A DNA stretch of 64,000 nt from a virus. Its lineage: Duplodnaviria; Caudoviricetes. Below, piece by piece: positions 47,321 through 54,292 of this stretch. The stretch is from positions 31,688 to 95,687 of IMG/VR virus record IMGVR_UViG_3300031992_000051. One strand, 5' to 3'. Each line of letters starts with the position of its first letter. Positions within the stretch are counted from its first letter, which is position 1. The position numbers were made by a program, and so were the translations under genes. The notes below the pieces were generated by a model. It was given only the letters and a program-made list of their open reading frames with translations, had not been told where the DNA came from and searched no databases.

Positions 47321-47662
47321 CGTCCCGTGATGCAAAACGGAAGACATCCCCGGCCGACAGGTCACAGGGGTGGAGCCGATGCAAAACCGGGTTGAGCCGT
47401 GCGCAACAAATGCCGATGCCTAACAGGTGGCACGGTCGGGTAGGGCGGGAGATATAGCGGTCGGCATGACGAGTACCACATTCGATAGCGAGGACTTTGG
47501 CCAATGGCATTTCGCCTTCGCCGTGACTCGAATGAAGAGGAAAGCATGCGGCTGGACCGTGAATTGTACCGTTCCGCTCCGTGAGACTCGGAGTACACGC
47601 GCCCCGACGGTGCGCCTGGAAGTAGTGGCGGCGTGCGGGTTCGATCCCCGCCGGGACGACCA
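47321..47662 (+). ncRNA. 342-nt tRNA-scaffolded RNA (tmRNA-like architecture, Leu-type identity)
   Basis: Perfect 7-bp acceptor CGTCCCG (47321-27)/CGGGACG (47652-58), A73, encoded CCA. Leu-type D-arm ATG-CAAAACGGAAGA-CAT; T-arm GCGGG-TTCGATC-CCCGC; ~280 nt between D- and T-arms. Confidence 0.7.
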
Positions 47663-47821
47663 CTTGGGCTCGACGTTCGTTCGAGGCTTCATGAGCCCAT
47701 TGACAAATAAAGGAGAGACTCGACACGCGGGGATTCGCCGCGCGCAACAAATGAAGGGAGATCGGCGCGCGTGCCGTCCAGACGCAGCCCGGGCCAGCCG
47801 GGCGAGCACGCATTGTCCTTT

Positions 47822-47966
47822 AGGGCACGGCATGAGTCCGCCGAGGTCGCAGGTTCGAGTCCTGCCCGGTGGCTGATGGTGGTAGCCGAGGCGAGGGAAC
47901 CCACTTACCCGACCCGAGACCGGCCGGTGGCGCAGCGGTCGGCGCGCGTGCGGCATGCCGTGTCCT
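47822..47966 (+). ncRNA. Circularly permuted tRNA-like element
   Basis: The 3' half (AGGTC, GCAGG-TTCGAGT-CCTGC, CCGGTGG) precedes the 5' half (CGGCCGG, TG, GCGC-AGCGGTCG-GCGC). The ends pair through AGGGCACGGCATG/CATGCCGTGTCCT. Confidence 0.6.
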
Positions 47967-48118
47967 TTTCATCTTCGCCGCACCCGCGACACGCGTGCGG
48001 ACGCTCGGGGAGCCGACGTGCGGTGGCGCTACGTCGGCCCGGAAAGTCGTCACCGAAAGAAGACGCCGGGGCCAGCAGGACCCCGTGAAAGACCTGCGCA
48101 AGGCGGTGGGAGCCCGCT

Positions 48119-48175
48119 TGCACCTCTCAGGGAAAGCCCGGCGCCGGGCAGGCGGTCCGAGTCCGCGGGGGTGCA
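48119..48175 (+). ncRNA. Mini tRNA-like element
   Basis: 9-bp closing stem TGCACCTCT/GGGGGTGCA stacked on a T-arm-like GCGG-TCCGAGT-CCGC, plus a GCCCGG/CCGGGC hairpin. Confidence 0.35.
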
Positions 48176-48539
48176 TCTTCGATTTCTCGGCCCGCGAGGG
48201 CCTTGGCAACCAACTGGAGGATTCCAAGCGACCCGAGTGCAAACGGGGAGCGCGGCGCCCTCCGATGCTCCACGCCGCGGATATAGCGATGAGGACGGAT
48301 GCCCTTTGCACGGGCACAGGGGCCGCTCCGGCTCCGCGTCTAAGTAGCGGCGAGTCAGCCACGGACGACGGAGCCGTCCCGTGCAACTCTTGTCTCGGCC
48401 CATTCGAGCCGGCAACCTCCACGCTAACAAATGATTCACCGCCTGCGGCCCTTGCAAGGGCGAAGCTGACGTCCCGTGTGGGGCCGATGGGCGGAGGGGG
48501 CGGGCCGGTGGCCGAGACGTTCAACAAAGGAGACCAGCT

Positions 48540-48710
48540 ATGGAAACAACGTACACGCGCAGCTACGAGATCATCCCTCCGATGTTCGACTTCGAGCTGC
48601 CGAGACCGGGCAAGCCGATGAACACCAGGACGCGCAAGACGGCCTGGAGGGAGCGCGTGCGCAGGGCCAACCTGCCCCGCTCCATGCAGAAGCGCCTTGC
48701 CCGCGCGTAA
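48540..48710 (+). CDS. Small basic protein (56 aa, METTYTRSYEIIPPMF...)
   Basis: AAAGGAG SD, ATG 48540, TAA 48708; Arg/Lys-rich C-half. Not in the ORF track. Confidence 0.6.
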   Translation: METTYTRSYEIIPPMFDFELPRPGKPMNTRTRKTAWRERVRRANLPRSMQKRLARA

Positions 48711-49106
48711 GATGCACCCCGAGCGTCCCCGGGGCCCCGGCATGCGGGGGACGCGGACGCTGACCCACTGTGAGGAAGTGGACTGCCGGGAGCTGACCAG
48801 GATAGAGCCAGGCATATCCCATGAGTCCGCTCGATAAACATGGACGCGGGACGCCGATGGAGGCAACGACAGTAGTCTCCGGGCGGCGGGTCTTCGGGCC
48901 CGCCGTCCTCATCCTCTTTGCAAGCCGCGAGCCTCTGGCGGGACCTGCGTACGGGGTCGACACGAGGCAAACCCGGTTCCCCGCGCCATCAATGCGGGCG
49001 TGCGGAGCTCCCCATCTCCAAGAGAATAAACTGTGGGCGGTTGCCCGGCGACCGAGAGCCCCGTCGGGGGTGCGCCGGGAGCTATTTCACCATAAGGAGA
49101 CAAACC

Positions 49107-49181
49107 ATGCCATACGACATTCTGACCGCCTTGACAGTTCTCGTGGCCGCCGCGTGCGTGCTGCGGACGGTGCGGGCGTAG
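49107..49181 (+). CDS. 24-aa hydrophobic peptide (MPYDILTALTVLVAAACVLRTVRA)
   Basis: TAAGGAG SD; single-TM composition. Confidence 0.5.
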   Translation: MPYDILTALTVLVAAACVLRTVRA

Positions 49182-49359
49182 AGCGTCAGGAGAACCCGCG
49201 ACATGTCGACGCGGGGAAGGGCACCGGGGATTGCTTGACTCCCTCCGCCGCCCACGTCATCCGTGCGGAGAACAAGCCGACCTGCCCCCGTAAGGGGCCT
49301 TCGATTTCCGAGACGGTGCGGGTGCATCGTTTCAAGACACAACCGGAAAGGAACAGACA

Positions 49360-49701
49360 ATGAAGAACAAGAGAACAGTGAAGATCGGCGCCGTGTGGGC
49401 GCTGACCGCGTTCGCGACCGCCGCCGCGGTGCATTACGCCGACGCCCCGGAGCGGGGCCAGGCATGGTTCGACGCCATCGAGAGGGTGAAGCCGCTCGTG
49501 GAGAAGTCCGACCGCGCCGTCACGCTCAAGGAGCTGAAGAAACTCCCGACGTGGGCGCTCCAGGAGGTCGCGAAGGCCGCGGCCGAGAGGCCGTTCCAGA
49601 CGCGCCGCTACAAGGTCATCGCCGCCGGGCTGATGACCGAGTTCGAGCGTCGCCGCGCCGACCGCGCCGCAAAGGAGGAGGCCGAGCATGCGTCTGTATG
49701 A
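49360..49701 (+). CDS. Hypothetical protein with N-terminal signal/TM (113 aa)
   Basis: AAAGGAA SD; hydrophobic N-terminus. Confidence 0.65.
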   Translation: MKNKRTVKIGAVWALTAFATAAAVHYADAPERGQAWFDAIERVKPLVEKSDRAVTLKELKKLPTWALQEVAKAAAERPFQTRRYKVIAAGLMTEFERRRADRAAKEEAEHASV

Positions 49702-50116
49702 CGCGCTGAACCTCGGCCGGGGCGGGAACTCCGCCGACGCGGGGGCGAAGATGGTCCACGCGGCCTTCGAGCGCTACCGCCAGTGGACGCGGGGCACGAA
49801 CTCCGAGACCGACGAGGTGAGGTTCCTCCTCGCCCCGGCCGAGAAGTACGCGGCGTTCACGTGGGAGCTCAAGACCGTCGTGAAGGTCAGGCCCGGCCAG
49901 CAGCACGAGGGCAAGCTCGGCGTCGTGGTCGGGTACTGCCACGCGATGGGCTGCGACACGTGGGTGCGGGTCAAGCTCTCCGACCGCGAGGAGAGCTTCC
50001 GCTGGGACGCCATCGAGGACGCGGAGATCCCGAGCGACCTCATCGAGATCGCGATCGGGTGCCGCGACCAGATCAAGGACAAGGTGCATGCGAAAATCGA
50101 AGAAGCGTTCGCGTAG
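49688..50116 (+). CDS. Hypothetical protein (142 aa, KOW/SH3-like segment)
   Basis: AGGAGG SD; VKVRPGQQHEGKLGVVVG. Confidence 0.65.
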   Translation: MRLYDALNLGRGGNSADAGAKMVHAAFERYRQWTRGTNSETDEVRFLLAPAEKYAAFTWELKTVVKVRPGQQHEGKLGVVVGYCHAMGCDTWVRVKLSDREESFRWDAIEDAEIPSDLIEIAIGCRDQIKDKVHAKIEEAFA

Positions 50117-50315
50117 CAAGCTGGAGCACCGCCGCAAGGTCGCCGAGAAGCGGCGTGCGCGGGCGTTCTGGAAGCTGCGCGAGCAGTACAGCATGGAGGC
50201 GGGGCGCGAGTTCGCCCCGCCGCCCATGCCCAAATGGATGCGCCGCGGGTACGTGGCGGCGGCCGGCGTCCTCGCCGGCCTCGCCATGTATCTCGCGGTG
50301 AAACTTTTTACCTGA
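50088..50315 (+). CDS. Small membrane protein (75 aa)
   Basis: Basic N-terminus and C-terminal TM. Confidence 0.55.
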   Translation: MRKSKKRSRSKLEHRRKVAEKRRARAFWKLREQYSMEAGREFAPPPMPKWMRRGYVAAAGVLAGLAMYLAVKLFT

Positions 50316-50338
50316 AACAACCCAAGGAGATGAATCAA

Positions 50339-50827
50339 ATGGCTACTGCCAGATTCGAGAGCTATGTCCGCGAGACGCTCGCGGACGGCGTGAAGGAGCG
50401 TCGGGCCGCCCTCAAGAAGGCGTTCGACGACGAGAGGGCGAAGATCGAGGCGAAGCTCGCCGCGCTCAAGGAGACCGCGGACGCGGCCGTCGAGGCGGCC
50501 AACGCGAAGATCGACGCGATGGCGAGGAAGTGGGGGTGGACGGTCTGCGAGGACTCCGGCCCCGCGCTCAAGCTCGAACGCTGCTTCGAGAGCTCGTGCT
50601 CGAACCGCTTCGACGAGGCGAGGACGGAGTACGAGTGCGGCGGGAACTGGAGCGAGTACTCCTACGTGTGCGGCAAGGCGCGCGAGGCGCAGCTCGCCCT
50701 CCGGGAGTTCGACGCCGCCGTCGAGAAGGCCGCGAGGCGCCTCGTGGTGTGCAAGATGGACCTGCACATGAAGCCCGAGGCGTTCGACAGGATGATGGCG
50801 GACGCCATCGCGAAACTGCTCAAGTGA
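50339..50827 (+). CDS. Hypothetical coiled-coil protein (162 aa)
   Basis: AAGGAG SD, start MATARFES. Confidence 0.7.
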   Translation: MATARFESYVRETLADGVKERRAALKKAFDDERAKIEAKLAALKETADAAVEAANAKIDAMARKWGWTVCEDSGPALKLERCFESSCSNRFDEARTEYECGGNWSEYSYVCGKAREAQLALREFDAAVEKAARRLVVCKMDLHMKPEAFDRMMADAIAKLLK

Positions 50828-50840
50828 AGGAGACCGGACA

Positions 50841-51416
50841 ATGCAGAAGATCATAGACGGACACCTGTACGACACCGACCTCGCGAGGGAGGTGGCGGAC
50901 AACTCGGAGTGGCTCGAGCCCATGAAGTCGCCCACGGGCGGCCGGTGCAAGGTCACGGAGACGCTCTACCGGGAGATCGCCCTCAAGCCGGGCGTCAGCC
51001 TCTCGGAGGCGCGCAAGAAGACGTCGTGGGGAGGGTTCACGTGGGACGACGACAAGATCGACTACGGGAACGGCGCCTTCTTCCTCGTCGCCGGCTTCGG
51101 CTGGAGCGGGAACGACGGCTCCACCGTCCACCCGCTCACGGAGGAGCAGGCGCGCCGCTGGTTCGAGCGCTACCACGGGGACGACGTGGAGAAGTACCGC
51201 AGGGTCTTCGGCGCCCCGACGACGTGCCTTCCCGAGTACCGGGAGGAGACGGAGCGGGAGCACGAGCTGCGCGAGCGCGAGAACGAGCTCCAGAAGCTCC
51301 GCAAGGAGCTGGCCGCGGCGAACCAGGCGAAGGAGGAGGCGGAGGGCAAACTCTCCAGGATCTCCGGGTGCCCCGTGACGCAGACGCAGCAGCCGGGCGC
51401 GGAGGAGCCGTTCTGA
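50841..51416 (+). CDS. Hypothetical protein (191 aa)
   Basis: AAGGAG SD; MQKIIDGHLYDTD...ETLYR...FFL...PLTEEQARRWFE pattern seen in phage early proteins. Confidence 0.7.
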   Translation: MQKIIDGHLYDTDLAREVADNSEWLEPMKSPTGGRCKVTETLYREIALKPGVSLSEARKKTSWGGFTWDDDKIDYGNGAFFLVAGFGWSGNDGSTVHPLTEEQARRWFERYHGDDVEKYRRVFGAPTTCLPEYREETEREHELRERENELQKLRKELAAANQAKEEAEGKLSRISGCPVTQTQQPGAEEPF

Positions 51417-52156
51417 TGGCGAGGCACATCCGCAACTACGCGCGGGTGCTGGCGCAGATCAGGCGCCACTACCGCAAGGAGCGGAAGGAGGCGGAGGCGA
51501 TGCTCGAGGGCCTCGTCTCCGAGTCCTGGCGCTCCGACGAGCACCCGCTCGGCCTCGTGAGGTGGGACAGGGAGTCCGGGGAGGACTTCGAGAAGCGTCT
51601 CATGGCCGAGAAGGCCAAGCGCGTCGCCAACGTGACGGAACTCATCAGGAAAAGCCTGCCGAAGTGGGAGCGCGAGGAGCTCGAGCGGCTCGAGCGGGCC
51701 GACAAGGCCGGCGAGCTGTGGGAGATCTCGATCCGCATGGACTGGCGCAAGTCGAGGACCTGGGGCAACTGCCCGAGGGTCGAGGCTTGGGTCAGGACGA
51801 GGGACAGGGACGGCAACTGGGACAACGACGGGATGCGCAAGGGCTACGCCTCGGGCTGCGGGTACGACAAGTCGTCCGCCGCCATCTGCGAGGCGATCGG
51901 CTCCGCGCCCGCCCTGGACCGGTACTGCATCGAGCATCCTTCGCTCTGGCACCTCTACGCCGTCGAGGGCAAGACGTGCCTCCCCCACTTCTCGTTCGGC
52001 GGGAAGGGCGTCTCGACGTTCGAGGCCATCTTCCGGGGCGAATGCAGGAAGGAGAACGGCTACGAGCTCTCTCCCTACAAGGGCTGCCCGAGGTGGCACA
52101 TCACGTACATGGAGGGCAAGACCTTCGACGGATGGGAGATAACCCGTGGACGCTGA
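51416..52156 (+). CDS. Hypothetical protein (246 aa; ASGCGYDK motif)
   Basis: Start ATG 51416 overlapping the upstream stop. Confidence 0.7.
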   Translation: MARHIRNYARVLAQIRRHYRKERKEAEAMLEGLVSESWRSDEHPLGLVRWDRESGEDFEKRLMAEKAKRVANVTELIRKSLPKWEREELERLERADKAGELWEISIRMDWRKSRTWGNCPRVEAWVRTRDRDGNWDNDGMRKGYASGCGYDKSSAAICEAIGSAPALDRYCIEHPSLWHLYAVEGKTCLPHFSFGGKGVSTFEAIFRGECRKENGYELSPYKGCPRWHITYMEGKTFDGWEITRGR

Positions 52157-52313
52157 CTACGCGATATTCGTGCCGTGGCTGGCCGTCGTCTGCTGGCTCT
52201 TCTACCGACTCGTGCGGGAGGACTGCCGTGGATGACGTATTGGCGGCGTCGTGGCTGCTTCTTCCGGCGGCCGCGCACGTCTGGTACGTGTGGAAGACGA
52301 GGAAGGACGACTG

Positions 52314-52574
52314 ATGGACCTGGAGGAGTTCAGGGAGAACGGAGGCCACGCCTACGTGGTCGGGCTCTCCTTCTGCTTCCCGCCGAGGTACGCGTGCTTC
52401 AAGGAGACCGCGCCCTCGGGCTGGATGTGGACGAGCGAGCTGACGGAGGCGGAGACCTTCAGGACGAAGGAGCAGGCCGAGGCGCACATGAGAGGAGACA
52501 TGGCCGGGCTCGTGGACGGAAACGAGGACGTGAAGGTCCTCAAGGTGGAGACGAAGGTAGGAGAGGCGAGATGA
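52314..52574 (+). CDS. Hypothetical protein (86 aa)
   Basis: AAGGA SD, start MDLEEFREN. Confidence 0.6.
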   Translation: MDLEEFRENGGHAYVVGLSFCFPPRYACFKETAPSGWMWTSELTEAETFRTKEQAEAHMRGDMAGLVDGNEDVKVLKVETKVGEAR

Positions 52575-52631
52575 AGAGGTAGGACGAGAAGAGGTTGTGG
52601 GTGAACCGATAAAACCCTCACCACCATATAC

Positions 52632-52696
52632 CGGAACGCCGCGAAGTGGCGTGGTGGCCGAGTAATGCGCCGGGTGGCGCGTGAAACCAAGTTCCG
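52632..52696 (+). ncRNA. Candidate structured intergenic/leader RNA
   Basis: CGGAAC/GTTCCG closing stem, two internal hairpins, AGTA/GAA internal loop. Confidence 0.35.
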
Positions 52697-52719
52697 AGGC
52701 AAACCGAAAGGAGTGCTAA

Positions 52720-53025
52720 ATGCTATCGAGAAAAGGAATGGCCGAAGCGCTTTGCGCGATGGACATCCTCGCCGCCAAGTTGGACGGCGGAATCCGCCTG
52801 GAGGACTGGGAGAAGGAAACGGGCCTCGAAGGCCCCTCCGAGTGCGCCCGCCCGACGGATTCGCAGATCGCCCTGTACGAGGGCTGGCTGATCGCGAAGG
52901 GCAAGGGCGCCGAAGAGGCGTTCCGCGACGCCGTGTCGACGTTCGTCTTCCTGCTGTGCCGGGAGGCGTTCGGCAGGGTCGAGGCGCTCGACGAGCTCGT
53001 GTGCGCGGAGGACGTGTTCCTATGA
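52720..53025 (+). CDS. Hypothetical protein (101 aa)
   Basis: AAAGGAG SD. Confidence 0.65.
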   Translation: MLSRKGMAEALCAMDILAAKLDGGIRLEDWEKETGLEGPSECARPTDSQIALYEGWLIAKGKGAEEAFRDAVSTFVFLLCREAFGRVEALDELVCAEDVFL

Positions 53026-53299
53026 GCGCGGAGCTCAACGAGAGGCAAGTCGAGAGCCGCGCCGAAGTCCTCCTCGCGATGGACGTGCTGATGAAGCACC
53101 TCAACGACGAGGACGACCAGACGGACTGGCTGGTGAACGGGGTGCCGGACGGCGCCCCGCCCACCTGCGGATGACGCAGGAGCAGCTCGAGTATTATTCA
53201 CAGTTCGCCGACGACTTCGAGAGCATCACAAGGGTGTTCGCGTGGACCGTCAGGCGAGTCTGCTTCAAGACGAGATACGAACAGAAAGGATTCTGCTGA
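53022..53299 (+). pseudogene. Hypothetical gene apparently split by a 1-nt frameshift
   Basis: One frame stops at 53174; a protein-like continuation (HLRMTQEQLEYYSQFADDF...) runs in another frame to TGA 53299. Total span 278 nt. Confidence 0.45.
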
Positions 53300-53658
53300 T
53301 GAACGTAGTTGACATAACATGCGAGTACAAGGACTCCGAGGAGTCCCACCAGCTCTTCGATTCCGTGTGCGCGGCCGCGGTGTGGTTCGCGCACGAGGTG
53401 CGCCGGAACCTTCCGGCGCGCATGGAGGCGGAGGAGGCGTTCGACAGGGTGGCCGAGCAGGTCGCGCTGCTGTTCGCCGACTACGAGCTGAAGACCCCGA
53501 ACGACCCGGACGAGACGGACGGGGGAGACGTCGACTGCCGCTACGGCGCGTCGGCCGAGAGCGTCACGAGCCTCATGGAGGCGAAGGCCAACGCGAGGAA
53601 GGTCGACGAGAACGCCGGCGTCGTGAAGCGCAAGGCGAAGAAGGAGGCAAAGTCATGA
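53299..53658 (+). CDS. Hypothetical protein (119 aa)
   Basis: AAAGGA SD, start MNVVDITCEY. Confidence 0.65.
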   Translation: MNVVDITCEYKDSEESHQLFDSVCAAAVWFAHEVRRNLPARMEAEEAFDRVAEQVALLFADYELKTPNDPDETDGGDVDCRYGASAESVTSLMEAKANARKVDENAGVVKRKAKKEAKS

Positions 53659-54290
53659 CGGTCTACACCGTGACATCGGTCGACGACCTCGTCTGCGAGC
53701 CATTGAGCCGCTGCGTCATCGGGTCGTACACGACCCGGGGGCGGGCACTCGACGAGTGCGTGAAGTACATCATGGAGCGCATCGGGCTGCGCAACGACCT
53801 CGCATGGTCGATGGCGCACGACGAGAACCATCCCGAGGTTTCCGGGTTCTTCTGCGAAGGCCGCAAGGACGGCGCGTGGAAGATCCGGCGCGGGTGCGTC
53901 TCGAAGCTCGAGGAGTTCCTGCGCGACGAGCTCGGGGGCCAGTGCTACTACGTCTACGACGGCGCGAGCAGCTGGCACTTCGACGTGGACGAGAACGACG
54001 TCGAGGGCGAGCTGTGGCACACGGTGACGTGGGGCGACAGCGACTGCGAGGACCCCGAGTTCACGACTCCGTACCCGGAGGCGTTCACGAGCGAGGAGAC
54101 TGCGGTGCAGACCTTCCTCGACTACGTGAAGGATCTGTTCCGCGGGCACCACATGAAGTGGTCGGACGAGCTTGTCCGCACCATAAAGTCGTCCCTCAAG
54201 GACGACGGCAAGGTGCAGGTCGACCTGAACGACGGATGCTGCGTCTCGTGCGTCCTGTACCACGACGACGCCAAAAACATCAAGGAGTGA
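53655..54290 (+). CDS. Hypothetical acidic protein (211 aa)
   Basis: AGGAGG SD, ATGA overlap. Confidence 0.7.
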   Translation: MTVYTVTSVDDLVCEPLSRCVIGSYTTRGRALDECVKYIMERIGLRNDLAWSMAHDENHPEVSGFFCEGRKDGAWKIRRGCVSKLEEFLRDELGGQCYYVYDGASSWHFDVDENDVEGELWHTVTWGDSDCEDPEFTTPYPEAFTSEETAVQTFLDYVKDLFRGHHMKWSDELVRTIKSSLKDDGKVQVDLNDGCCVSCVLYHDDAKNIKE

Positions 54291-54292
54291 AC

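Noticed and set aside
47354-47634. Group I intron in a tRNA
   Set aside because: GATATAGCG resembles the S element, but I found no matching R element (GACUA) or P7, and removing a single segment does not restore a normal anticodon arm with U33. Not fully excluded without Infernal.
48440-48540. HDV-like/theta ribozyme
   Set aside because: P1- and P2-like pairings exist, but L3 is too short and there is no proper P1.1 or J4/2.
52650-52690. Hammerhead ribozyme
   Set aside because: GAAAC follows a stem, but the core reads CCGAGTA rather than CTGANGA.
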